Positions 8,120 through 17,676 of a stretch of DNA of 47,757 nucleotides are shown here, piece by piece. Position 1 is the first letter of the stretch. Each line of letters opens with the position of its first letter. The translations under genes were made by a program, and so were the position numbers. The DNA lies in the IMG/VR virus record IMGVR_UViG_3300038809_000016, positions 1-47,757 of that record; one strand, given 5' to 3'. The notes beneath the pieces were generated by a model. It worked only from the letters and a program-made list of their open reading frames with translations, ran no database searches and was not told the origin of the DNA. The stretch is from a virus. Lineage: Duplodnaviria > Caudoviricetes.

Positions 8120-8164
8120 AGGCGGTGCGAAGGCTACACAGCTTTCGTGCCGCCTTTTCCTTTT
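8120..8164 (+). terminator. Strong intrinsic terminator
   Basis: aggcggtgcgaaggct-acac-agctttcgtgccgcct then ttt-cc-tttt. Confidence 0.75.
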
Positions 8165-8199
8165 GGGCGGGTCGAAAGCACCGGATCGAGGTGTTTACG

Positions 8200-9519
8200 A
8201 TGGCCCTGCCCGCATTCCTTCGCCGCCTCTACAGCTTCACTGCGTTTCAGCAGAGCCAGGGCGACAACAGCTTTCCCGGGACGCAGCTCGATACTGAGCT
8301 GGACCAGATCGACAACACGGTAACGGGGCTGCTGGAGCAGCTCGGCGGCCTTCTCCGTCCGGACGGCAAGCTCGTCAACGGGATCGTCACCCGGAACAGC
8401 CTGTCCGCGGACCTGACGATCGGCGTCGGCGCGGCGCGGCCGTGGAAGTCCACGGTGCCCTACCTCGACGGCGAGACAGTCACCCGCGGCTACCTGATCT
8501 ACCAAGCGATCCAGGCCTCGCTCGGCGTGGACCCGGCGGCCGACGTGAACGGCACGACATGGGAGATCGTCGCGGACCTGTCCCAGGCGGTCACGATCGC
8601 GGCCGGCGGCGTGGTCACGGCCTCGATCGCGGACGGTGCCGTGACGAATGCCAAGCTCGCCGGGGGCATCACGGGCGACAAGCTCGTGGACGCGACGATC
8701 CCGCCGGGCAAGATCCAGCCCGGCCTCGGCGTCGTCCCGGTTGGCGCTCGTATCGGCTTCGCCGGTATCACGCCGCCCGCCGGATGGGCCTTCGAGAATG
8801 GCGCGGCCGTCTCGCGCCAGACCTACGCCGCCCTGTTCGCGGCGATCACCTTGACCTTCAAGGCGGACGTGACGATCGGACAGACGGTCCTCGCCAACCC
8901 CTCCCGCTCGATCCAGGGGCTCGGGCTCGGGGCGGCCTATATCGAGGGCCCCGGCATCCCGCTCGGCAGCCGCCTCGCCAATGACGCGGACGGCAACCTC
9001 CAGCTTAACGCCGCGGCCACCGGGACCGCCGCCCAGGCGACCATTCGGGTCTGCCCCTACGGCAACGGCGACGGCGCCACCACCTTCAACCTGCCGGACA
9101 GCCGCGGGCGTGCCGACTTCGGCCGCGACAATATGGGTGGGGCGGGTGCCGGCCGTCTGACGCAAACCGTGGACGGCTCCGCGCTCACGAACGGCGCCTT
9201 TGACGCCGGGGCGGGTGCCGAGCGCGCGACGATCGGCATTAACAACCTGCCGACTACACTGCCGGGCGGCAAGGTCACAGTGACCTATCCGAACTACAAC
9301 ACGCCTACATACGGGCTGCTGCAAAGTCTTGCTGCTGGCGGCGGCAGTATTCCAATCGACGGATTGTGGCGACAGCTTGCGCCTGGACAGTCGGTGCCCG
9401 CCGAAGCTGCACGAGAGTTTAACGTGGCGGGCGCTGCGAACCCTGGCGGCTCGCAGCCGTTCAATGTTCTTCCGCCCGCCTCGATCACGAATAAGATCAT
9501 CTTCCACGGAGTGCTGTAA
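8200..9519 (+). CDS. Tail fibre with tail-collar domain
   Basis: VPVGARIGFAG..PPAGW..NGAAVSRQTYAALFAAI and YGNGDGATTFNLPDSRGR; C-terminal PFNVLPP...NKII. Confidence 0.85.
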   Translation: MALPAFLRRLYSFTAFQQSQGDNSFPGTQLDTELDQIDNTVTGLLEQLGGLLRPDGKLVNGIVTRNSLSADLTIGVGAARPWKSTVPYLDGETVTRGYLIYQAIQASLGVDPAADVNGTTWEIVADLSQAVTIAAGGVVTASIADGAVTNAKLAGGITGDKLVDATIPPGKIQPGLGVVPVGARIGFAGITPPAGWAFENGAAVSRQTYAALFAAITLTFKADVTIGQTVLANPSRSIQGLGLGAAYIEGPGIPLGSRLANDADGNLQLNAAATGTAAQATIRVCPYGNGDGATTFNLPDSRGRADFGRDNMGGAGAGRLTQTVDGSALTNGAFDAGAGAERATIGINNLPTTLPGGKVTVTYPNYNTPTYGLLQSLAAGGGSIPIDGLWRQLAPGQSVPAEAAREFNVAGAANPGGSQPFNVLPPASITNKIIFHGVL

Positions 9520-9521
9520 TC

Positions 9522-10760
9522 ATGTCTGCCAAGATCGTGTCTCGACTGCCGTTCATCTGCGCGACCTTCGGAACGCGCGCCATGCAGGACTTGAAGCTGA
9601 CCCGGAACAAGGTCGGCGGCCTGTTCGGCAACGGCGAGATCGAGAGCCAGGGCTTCAACACCTTGCAGGAGATCGCCCCGGTCGTGGCGGGCTCGGCCGG
9701 CGGCTACGGCTGGATGCAGTGGACCGGGCCGCGCCGGAAGGCCTACCTCGCGTGGGCCGCCGCGCTCGGGCTCAACCCGGCCGACGACGAGACGAACTAC
9801 CGCTATATGGTCCACGAGCTGCTGACGATCGAGACGGCCGCCTACAAGGCCCTCCTGGCGTGTGCGGACGATCCGTCCGTGGCCGCCACCGTCGTCTGCA
9901 CCAAGTACCTGCGGCCGGGCGTCCCGCACCTCGACAAGCGGATCTCGGCCGCGAAGCTCGCCGCCGGCTATCTGGCGATCGGCCTTGCACCGGCCGCTCC
10001 GATCCCGCCGCGGCCGTCCCTGGCGCCCGTAGGCGAGCCTGTCGCCATTCCGCAGGGCCCGAAGGGCGACGTTGCGGGCTCGGGCCCTGTCGGCACGGCG
10101 CCGGCCGTGCAGGTCGAGGCCGGCCGCTGGCCGGAGGACAGCCTGTCCGCCTTCGAGATCAAGGCGATCCAGCAGCGGCTTCTCGACCTCGGCTTCCACG
10201 TCGTCGGTTTCGTGGACGGGAAGTGGGGCAAGCGGACCTCGGCGGCGATCACCGCGCTCCAGCAGCAGGCCGCCAACGAGGGCAAGGCCGTCACGATCGA
10301 CGGGCACTACGGGCCGCAGACCCGGGCGCTCCTGTCGAGCGACGAGATGAAGGCCACCGTCAGCCCGGAGCGCGCCTCCGTCACGTCCAAGACGCTCGCC
10401 AAGATCGGCAACCCGACCGTCCTGGCCGGCCGGAAGATCACATGGTCCTCGATCGGCTCAGTTCTGGCAGGACTAGGCGCTTTCGCGGTGGCCCTCGCCC
10501 AGGGCTGGCAGTCCACGCCTCCGGATATGCCGTTCCCGTTCTCCCTGGTGCTCGGCTTCCTGCCGCCGTGGGCGCTGCCGGCGATCATCGTCGTCTTCAA
10601 CCTCTACAACGCTGCCAAGGCGACTGGCCTGATCGGGACGGCCGTCGATCGGGTGCAGCAGGGGATCGACAACACGGGCGCCCCGGCCGCGCCCGTGCCC
10701 TCGGCGCCGACGACGATCTCCCTGCCCTTCGGGCTGGGCAAGCTGTTCGGGCAGCCGTGA
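9522..10760 (+). CDS. Endolysin: phage-lysozyme-2-type domain, peptidoglycan-binding domain, C-terminal TM helices
   Basis: GNGEIESQGF, GYGWMQWTGPRR; IQQRLLDLGF..VDGKWG..T; IDGHYGPQT; two hydrophobic segments. Confidence 0.85.
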   Translation: MSAKIVSRLPFICATFGTRAMQDLKLTRNKVGGLFGNGEIESQGFNTLQEIAPVVAGSAGGYGWMQWTGPRRKAYLAWAAALGLNPADDETNYRYMVHELLTIETAAYKALLACADDPSVAATVVCTKYLRPGVPHLDKRISAAKLAAGYLAIGLAPAAPIPPRPSLAPVGEPVAIPQGPKGDVAGSGPVGTAPAVQVEAGRWPEDSLSAFEIKAIQQRLLDLGFHVVGFVDGKWGKRTSAAITALQQQAANEGKAVTIDGHYGPQTRALLSSDEMKATVSPERASVTSKTLAKIGNPTVLAGRKITWSSIGSVLAGLGAFAVALAQGWQSTPPDMPFPFSLVLGFLPPWALPAIIVVFNLYNAAKATGLIGTAVDRVQQGIDNTGAPAAPVPSAPTTISLPFGLGKLFGQP

Positions 10761-11284
10761 GCCTCCCCGAAACCCTGGCGGCGGCCAACACCGCCGTCCC
10801 CACGGGCATCCCGACAGGGGCGCCCGTGGCCGCCACTATCGAACAAGCTCAGACCCACGCGCAGACCGCTATGCAGCTCGACATCACGACAGTTCTGGCA
10901 ATAGCGGCGTTCATAGTCTCCATGGGGACTATCTTGTGGAAAATGAGTGCCGACGCGACCCAGAGGAAGGCCTTCGAGACCTACACGACCGCTCGCGATG
11001 TCGAGCGTAACAAGTATCGAGAGGACTTCGAGAAGGCAGTAGAAGCTCGCTTCGCTGCCGTTCAAGCCACGAATACGCTGTGCCAGACGCAGATCGCAGA
11101 GCTTCGAGAGCGTTTGGTCGGTCAATACATGACGAAACCTGAGATCGCGGAGATCGAACGCCGCGTTCAGAACGGCCAGGAGCGCATGAACGCGACCCTG
11201 GAGAAGATCGACGGACGCCTCCACGACCTATCGGGAAAGGTCATGGAGGCGCTCCAGCATAGCAGCGCGAAGAACCATGGCTGA
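10757..11284 (+). CDS. Membrane-anchored coiled-coil protein, lysis-associated (alternative start 10871)
   Basis: GTGA overlap with the endolysin stop; TM ITTVLAIAAFIVSMGTILW then coiled coil. Confidence 0.65.
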   Translation: MSLPETLAAANTAVPTGIPTGAPVAATIEQAQTHAQTAMQLDITTVLAIAAFIVSMGTILWKMSADATQRKAFETYTTARDVERNKYREDFEKAVEARFAAVQATNTLCQTQIAELRERLVGQYMTKPEIAEIERRVQNGQERMNATLEKIDGRLHDLSGKVMEALQHSSAKNHG

Positions 11285-12950
11285 GAACCGCTTCACGATC
11301 GACCCGATCACGCACAAGCGGAAGGGGTGGGTTCCGCCGCCCCGTCCGGACGCCGAGGAGCGTGAGAAGGCCAAGCGCGAGGCGCTCGCCACGATCCGCT
11401 CGCTCGATCGCGAGGAGGCGATCCAGGCGGCTCGCGCGAGCTTCTTGCCCTTCGTCAAGTTCACGATGCCGGACCCGCAGGACCCGGACGACACGACCCG
11501 CTCGGCCTACGACGCCCAGCTCTTTCACGAGGCGATCTGCGCCACGCTGGAGGAGGTCGAGGGCGGCCGTATGCCGTTCCTGATCCTCACGGTCCCGCCG
11601 CGTCACGGGAAGTCGCAGCTCACCTCCAGGCACTTCCCGGCGTGGCTGCTCGGCCGAGACCCGCGCCGGCACATCGTCGTCGCCGCGCACACGGACACCC
11701 TGGCCGAAGACTTCGGGTCCGATGTCCGGAACATCATGGCGACGCCGCAGTACCGGCAGGTCTTCCCCGAGGTGAAGCTACAGCGCGGCGGCGGGGCCAA
11801 GGGACGCCTCCAGACCGAGCAGGGCGGGCTCGCCTTCTTCGTCGGTCGCGGCGCCGCTCTGATCGGCCGCGGTGCCGATTTCCTCATTCTGGACGACCTT
11901 ATCAAGAGCGCCGATGAGGCACGCTCGGCCGCGACCCGGGAGGAGGTCTGGCAATGGTTCATCAAGGTCGCCTCGACGCGCCGGATGAACGCTGAGAGCC
12001 CGGTCATCATCATCATGCAGCGCTGGCACGAGGACGATCCGGTCGGCCGCATCACGGACCCGACGAACCCGAACCACGACCCGATCCTGGCCTCGAAGTT
12101 CAAGATCATCGACCTGCCGGCTATCGCGGTGGACGACGATCCGCTCGGCCGGCCAAAGGGCGCCGCGCTCTGGCCCGAGAGCAAAGGCAAGAGGAAGTTC
12201 GATATCGAGTTTCTGGAGCAGCAGCAGCGCCTCGACCCGACAGGTTTCCACGCGCTCTACCAGCAGCAGCCGAGTGCAGTGGACGGCGTTCTGTTCAAGC
12301 GCGACTACTTTCACCTCTATCTGCCGGACGAGCTGCCGCGTGATCTGACTATGTACTGTGCATCGGACCATGCTACGGGCGACGACAAGGCGAAGCATGA
12401 TGCGACATGCCTGCTCGGCGGCGGCGTGGACAGGAACGGCGACCTCTGGCTGACCCATTGCTGGTGGGAACGCCAGCTCACGGACCGCGTGGTCGAGCAG
12501 ATGCTTGCCATGGCCCGGGAGATCAAGCCGCTCCTCTGGGCGGCCGAGACCGGACAGATCACCAAGTCTATCGGCCCGTTCCTGCGGAAGCGCATGGCCG
12601 AGACGAACAACTTCTTCGCTATCCGCGAGATGACGCCGATCGCCTCGAAGGAAGCCCGAGCACAGTCGATTTCGGGCCGCTCGGCCCAGGGCAAGGTCCA
12701 CTTCCCGAAGACTGCGTTCTGGACCGAGAAGGCGATTGACGAGCTGCTCAAGTTCCCGAACGGCCGGAACGACGACTTCGTGGACGCCTTCTCGTGGTTC
12801 GGTATCCTGCTCCAGAGCATGTTCGCCCCGGGGCCGAGCGCGGCCGAGCGCCGGGCGGCCGAGCCCCGGACGGGAACCTACGCCTGGATCAAGGCGATGC
12901 AGAAGCGCCAGGACCGCGATGCGGCGGCGCAGCGCCACGGAGGGTACTGA
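11277..12950 (+). CDS. terL: Terminase large subunit
   Basis: Walker A PPRHGKS, Walker B LILDDLIK, QRWHEDD, nuclease motif FPNGRNDDFVDA. Confidence 0.95.
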   Translation: MAENRFTIDPITHKRKGWVPPPRPDAEEREKAKREALATIRSLDREEAIQAARASFLPFVKFTMPDPQDPDDTTRSAYDAQLFHEAICATLEEVEGGRMPFLILTVPPRHGKSQLTSRHFPAWLLGRDPRRHIVVAAHTDTLAEDFGSDVRNIMATPQYRQVFPEVKLQRGGGAKGRLQTEQGGLAFFVGRGAALIGRGADFLILDDLIKSADEARSAATREEVWQWFIKVASTRRMNAESPVIIIMQRWHEDDPVGRITDPTNPNHDPILASKFKIIDLPAIAVDDDPLGRPKGAALWPESKGKRKFDIEFLEQQQRLDPTGFHALYQQQPSAVDGVLFKRDYFHLYLPDELPRDLTMYCASDHATGDDKAKHDATCLLGGGVDRNGDLWLTHCWWERQLTDRVVEQMLAMAREIKPLLWAAETGQITKSIGPFLRKRMAETNNFFAIREMTPIASKEARAQSISGRSAQGKVHFPKTAFWTEKAIDELLKFPNGRNDDFVDAFSWFGILLQSMFAPGPSAAERRAAEPRTGTYAWIKAMQKRQDRDAAAQRHGGY

Positions 12951-13147
12951 TGGCCCGGATCACGGATAAGCCCTATCTGGCGGCCTGCCAGAACGAAGAC
13001 GGCACCTACAGCGCCGTCAAGGCCGCGCAGTGGCTCTACGAGGCGTCAACTGGTAAAGCTCTGTCCGACGCCGACGCGGTGGCCCTCGTGGAGAAGGCGA
13101 AAGCGGAGGCCGCGCGACGCCGGCAGGAGAGGGCCACCGATGTTTGA
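12950..13147 (+). CDS. Small hypothetical protein
   Basis: TGATG coupling, GGAGG RBS. Confidence 0.65.
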   Translation: MARITDKPYLAACQNEDGTYSAVKAAQWLYEASTGKALSDADAVALVEKAKAEAARRRQERATDV

Positions 13148-15365
13148 CGAGACCCCCACGGACAGCTCTACCCCGGTGGACAGCGGGTCCGCGCAGTCAA
13201 CGGCTCCCGACGATAAGACTAAGGTCGGGGACAACCAGGTTTCCGAGAGGGACCGGGCGCTCCAGTCGCGGATTTCGAAGACTATACGCGCGGACAAGGA
13301 GCACTTCCGCAAGGTGTTCCGGACGATGCGCCGGGATATGCGGATCGCCATGCGCGGTCATGACAAGGACTGGAACGATACACAGTACAAGGCGAACATC
13401 ACGGGCCGCCACGTCAAGGCGAAGACTGCCGCCCTGTACGCCAAGAACCCGAAGGCGGTCGCGCGCCGGATCGACAAGCTCGACTTCAAGCTCTGGGACG
13501 AGAACCAGCAGAGCTTGATGACGGCATACCAGACCCTCCAGGCGGCGCAGCAGGCCGCCGCGGCGGCCCCGCCGGAGACTGCCGGCGTCGATCCGGCGAC
13601 CGGCGCCCCTGCGCCCGTGCCGCAGCTCCCGCCGGGCTTCGAGCAGGCCCAGGCGCTCGTGCAGGACTTCATGGAGGGCTACGCCGCCCGGCAGGCCGCC
13701 ATGAAGGTCGCGAAGACGCTGGAGAAGCTGTTCGCCCACGCGCTCCGCGAGCAGCAGCCCCTCGGCTTCAAGGAGAGCATGAAGCAGACCGTCCGCCGGG
13801 CCTGCACGACCGGCGTCGGCTACGTCAAGCTCTGCTACCAGCGCCAGATGGGTCCGGAGCCCTCCGTCGAGTACCGGCTACAGGACAGCCGCGCCCGCCT
13901 GGAGCACCTCCAGGCGCTCGCCAAGGACATCGCGGACGGCGACACGGGCGACCTCGACGCCGAGAAGGCTGAGCTGGAGGCGATGATCGCCGATCTGACG
14001 GCGCAGCCCGAGCGCGTGGTCTCCGAAGGCCTCGTCTTCGACTTCCCGCAGAGCACCCGGGTCATCCCCGACATGCTCACGAAGTCGATCGAGGGCTTCG
14101 TCGGCGCCCGGCACCTGACGATCGAGTACCTCTACACGCCCGAGGAAGTGCAGAGGATCTTCGGCGTCGATCTCGGCAAGGACTTCAAGCCCTACAACGC
14201 CAGCGGCCGGGCCGCCGACGCGGGAAGCTCTGACTTTCAGCAGCAGGGCGACCTCCTCGACGGCACGAGCTGGAGCGGATACTCGGACGACGAGAAGAAG
14301 GGCGACCTCTGCCTCGTTTGGGAGTATTTCGACAAGACTTCGGGCCTCGTCTACTACATCTGCGACGGTCATCCGGGCTTCCTCAAGGAGCCGGCCTCTC
14401 CGGATGTCTACGTGGATCAGTTCTGGCCGGTCTGGGCGCTCACGTTCAACTCGGTCGAGAGCGAGGAGGAGCTGTTCCCGCCGTCCGACGTGACGCTCCT
14501 GCTCGACGTGCAGAAGGAGTACAACCGGGCGCGCGACGGCAAGCGCGAGCACCGCCGGGCCGCCCGGCCGCGCTGGGTCTACCCCAAGGGCGCGTTCGGC
14601 GAGGAGGATCTGGACTGGCTCGCGACAGCCGGACCCTTCACGGCCACGCCCCTCAACATGGACCCGAACAAGGACATCAAGACCGTCCTCCAGGCGGTCC
14701 CGATCCCTGGCGTCGATCCGAACCTCTACGACACGGGCGAGATCATGTCGGACATGCAGGCCGTGGTCGGCACGTCCAATGCGGCGCTGGGCGTCCCGAC
14801 CAAGGGAACGGCCACCGCCAACCAGATCGCGGCCGGCGCCACGAACACGTCGGACCAGTCGTCCGTGGACGACCTCGACAACTTCCTGACCGCCGTGACC
14901 CGGGGCGCCGGACAGATCCTCCTCCGCGAGATGTCCGCCGATACCGTGATGCGGGTTGTCGGGCCGGGCGCGAGCTGGCCCGAGATGACGCTTCAAGACA
15001 TCGCCGACGAGATCTACTTGGAGATCGAGGCCGGATCGACCGGAAAACCGAACCAAGCGATCGAGGTCGGTAATTGGGAGAAGATGCTGCCGCTCCTGAT
15101 GCAGATGGGCGGCATCGCTCCGGCGTGGCTCGCCCGCGAGACCCTGCGGCGTCTTGACGATCGCATGGACCTCACGGACGCCTTCATTGACGACATTCCG
15201 TCCATCGTGGCGCAGAACCGGCAGGTCGCGGCGGCTCCCGCCAACGCCAACGCCGATCCGGCGGCGCAAGGGCACAACGGAACGGCGAACGGGCCTGCTG
15301 CCCCAGGAGGGCCGGTAGGGCGCGGTGCGCCGATGGGGGCGGCCCAGGCCCCGCCACCAGTATAG
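13140..15365 (+). CDS. Portal protein
   Basis: 741 aa after TerL; P22-like features (TTGVGYVK, TATANQI, EIEAGST). Confidence 0.85.
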   Translation: MFDETPTDSSTPVDSGSAQSTAPDDKTKVGDNQVSERDRALQSRISKTIRADKEHFRKVFRTMRRDMRIAMRGHDKDWNDTQYKANITGRHVKAKTAALYAKNPKAVARRIDKLDFKLWDENQQSLMTAYQTLQAAQQAAAAAPPETAGVDPATGAPAPVPQLPPGFEQAQALVQDFMEGYAARQAAMKVAKTLEKLFAHALREQQPLGFKESMKQTVRRACTTGVGYVKLCYQRQMGPEPSVEYRLQDSRARLEHLQALAKDIADGDTGDLDAEKAELEAMIADLTAQPERVVSEGLVFDFPQSTRVIPDMLTKSIEGFVGARHLTIEYLYTPEEVQRIFGVDLGKDFKPYNASGRAADAGSSDFQQQGDLLDGTSWSGYSDDEKKGDLCLVWEYFDKTSGLVYYICDGHPGFLKEPASPDVYVDQFWPVWALTFNSVESEEELFPPSDVTLLLDVQKEYNRARDGKREHRRAARPRWVYPKGAFGEEDLDWLATAGPFTATPLNMDPNKDIKTVLQAVPIPGVDPNLYDTGEIMSDMQAVVGTSNAALGVPTKGTATANQIAAGATNTSDQSSVDDLDNFLTAVTRGAGQILLREMSADTVMRVVGPGASWPEMTLQDIADEIYLEIEAGSTGKPNQAIEVGNWEKMLPLLMQMGGIAPAWLARETLRRLDDRMDLTDAFIDDIPSIVAQNRQVAAAPANANADPAAQGHNGTANGPAAPGGPVGRGAPMGAAQAPPPV

Positions 15366-15433
15366 CCATTGCTATACCTTGAAGGCCTGGACAAACTGTC
15401 GTAGTGAACGACGTGCAGTGAACAGAGGGTCAG

Positions 15434-16483
15434 ATGCCGGGACCAGAAGATCAGGCCGCGGGTGGTGAGAGCCAGGGCTCGGAGAACGAGCTGGAGCTGG
15501 AGCTTACCCAAGGCTCGGACGGTTCGGAGGGCGCCGAGGGCGCCAAGCCGAATGATGGCGAGGGCTCGTCCGCCTCGCAGACGCAGGAAGCCCCCAAGGA
15601 CTTGCTGTCCGTCGTCCGCGATGCGGCCCCGGCCAAGGCCAAGACCGAAGGGGATGCCGCGGCTTCGTCAGCCGAAGGTGGCGCGAAGGCGGGCGACAAG
15701 CCCGGCGACGCTCCCAAGGGGCCACCGCCCGAAGACTATTCGGACGTGCCCTTCAACAAGCATCCGCGTTTCCGTCAGCTCCTACAGGAGCGGAACAGCA
15801 ACGTGGAAGACGCCACTCGCTACCGGCAAGTGGACACGTTCATCAAAGACAACGGGATGACAGCGCAGGAAGCTGCGGATCTTCTCATTGTCGGCGGCAT
15901 GGCGAAGACGGACCCGGCGAAAGCCTGGGAGCTGGCGAAGCCGTGGGTCGAACGTCTCCTCCAGGCCGCAGGCGAGGTTCTGCCCGCCGACCTCGCCAAG
16001 ATGGTGCAGGACGGCACGATGACGGAGGAGGCGGCCTATCAGGTCAGCCGATCCCGCGCGACGGTGGCCTCTGTCGAGGCGAGCCGGACCTTCGAGCGGC
16101 AGAAGCAGGAGCGCTCGGCGCAGGAGACTGCGGAGGGCGAGTACCGGCAGGCGGCTGTTGATTGGGAGACCGATCGCCGGGCCAAGGACCCCAACTTCGA
16201 AGCCAAGCTCGAACCGATCCTCCGCGAGATCGCGTGGCGGAAGTCTCAGGGCGATGTCCCGAAGACCCCGGCCGAGGTCACGGCGCAGCTCAACGCGGTC
16301 TACAAGGCCGTGAACGACGCGCTCAAGCCTCCGGCGAACCTCGCGGCTCCGGCTCCCGGCGCACGGCCAGCTCCGCAGCAGCGGAAGGCCGTCACGCCGG
16401 TCGCGGGCGGATCGGTCTCTGGTGGCAACGCGAAGCCTGCTCCGCGGTCCATGCTGGAAGTCGTCCAGCAGGCGCAGGGCTAG
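15434..16483 (+). CDS. Scaffolding protein
   Basis: Acidic disordered N-terminus, PFNKHPRFRQL motif; between portal and capsid. Confidence 0.75.
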   Translation: MPGPEDQAAGGESQGSENELELELTQGSDGSEGAEGAKPNDGEGSSASQTQEAPKDLLSVVRDAAPAKAKTEGDAAASSAEGGAKAGDKPGDAPKGPPPEDYSDVPFNKHPRFRQLLQERNSNVEDATRYRQVDTFIKDNGMTAQEAADLLIVGGMAKTDPAKAWELAKPWVERLLQAAGEVLPADLAKMVQDGTMTEEAAYQVSRSRATVASVEASRTFERQKQERSAQETAEGEYRQAAVDWETDRRAKDPNFEAKLEPILREIAWRKSQGDVPKTPAEVTAQLNAVYKAVNDALKPPANLAAPAPGARPAPQQRKAVTPVAGGSVSGGNAKPAPRSMLEVVQQAQG

Positions 16484-16508
16484 GCAAGCATAGTCTGAGG
16501 ACAAGGAC

Positions 16509-17588
16509 ATGCCTTTTACTGCGAACGAATTGGCGAACATCGCCAACTCTGCTCTCGACTACTACCTCAACAAGGGGAAGACCGAGAAGCAGAACATTCA
16601 GGACAAGCCGATGTCGCAGGCCTTCGAGGCGGCGGCGGGCGAGTTCCCGGGTGGCAAGGGCCTCGTGTCGATCGGCGTCAAGGGCGGCCAGGGTGGAGGC
16701 CAGTTCCAGGGCTACACCCACGACGATCAGGTCACGTACTACAATCCGGCGGCCAACCTGCGGGTCGGCTACCCGTGGAAGGAGCACCACATCGGTCTCG
16801 GCATCACCCACACCGAGTTGAAGATCGACGGAATTACTGTCCGCGAGGACGGCGCCGATCAGGATACTTCGGAGAAGGACGGCCGGGAGCAGTTCGCGCT
16901 CGCCAATCTGCTCGAAGGCAAGCTCGAAGACTTCGATGAGGACAAGAAGAAGTCCTGGGACGCGCTGATCCACGGCGACGGCACCGGGGACGCTAAGGCT
17001 CTCGCGGGCATCCGCTCGCTGATCCTCGACAACCCGGCGGTCGGCTCCACGGGCGGCCTGTCCCGCGTGACCTACGCATGGTGGCGCAACCGCGCCGCGA
17101 CGGCCGCCGCGGCGGCTGCTGGCGGCATGGACGCGATCACCAGCTCGGCGGCCGGTGGCGGCGCCCTGCTGACCTTCCTCCAGAAGGAGGATCGCCAGCT
17201 CAAGCGCTTCTCGCAGGGCGGTGTGCGTCTGCGCCGGTTCGCCGGTTCGGACTTCCTGGCCGCGCTGGAGAGCGAGATCCGGGCGAACGGCAACTACTCG
17301 CTGAACGGCTTCCGCGCCGCCGGCACCGTGGATGGCAAGATGGCCGACCCGACCTGGGACGGCCAGCAGATCATCTACGATCCGACGCTGGACGACATGG
17401 GTCTGTCCAAGCGGATGTACACGATCGACATGCGTCGGGTCCGCCTGATGTACATGATCGGCGAGAAGAACAAGAAGGCGAGCCCGCCCCGCCCCTATGA
17501 CCGCTACGTGATGTACCGCGGCCTGACCTCGACTGCTGTCATGGTCGCGTCGCAGCTCAACACCTCGGCGGTCTACGACATCAAGTAA
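16509..17588 (+). CDS. Major capsid protein
   Basis: 359 aa, strong RBS, biased codons, synteny; followed by a hairpin. Confidence 0.85.
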   Translation: MPFTANELANIANSALDYYLNKGKTEKQNIQDKPMSQAFEAAAGEFPGGKGLVSIGVKGGQGGGQFQGYTHDDQVTYYNPAANLRVGYPWKEHHIGLGITHTELKIDGITVREDGADQDTSEKDGREQFALANLLEGKLEDFDEDKKKSWDALIHGDGTGDAKALAGIRSLILDNPAVGSTGGLSRVTYAWWRNRAATAAAAAAGGMDAITSSAAGGGALLTFLQKEDRQLKRFSQGGVRLRRFAGSDFLAALESEIRANGNYSLNGFRAAGTVDGKMADPTWDGQQIIYDPTLDDMGLSKRMYTIDMRRVRLMYMIGEKNKKASPPRPYDRYVMYRGLTSTAVMVASQLNTSAVYDIK

Positions 17589-17593
17589 GACTT

Positions 17594-17621
17594 GGGGCGG
17601 CGGCGCGAGCTGCCGCCCTTA
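17594..17621 (+). terminator. Hairpin after the capsid gene
   Basis: gggcggcggc-gcga-gctgccgccc-tt. Confidence 0.5.
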
Positions 17622-17676
17622 GTCCGTCTGGACTACGCGACTACAGCAGCAACGAGGCCCAGGAGGCTCGAAGATC

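Noticed and set aside
8100-8125. Glycine or c-di-GMP riboswitch (ctcaggtgaaag)
   Set aside because: Only a short word matches; other conserved aptamer elements are missing.
9329-10756. 651-aa ORF overlapping the endolysin
   Set aside because: Only the part from 10757 looks coding; the same applies to upstream extensions of 34326..35999, 31921..33474 and 20315..21250.
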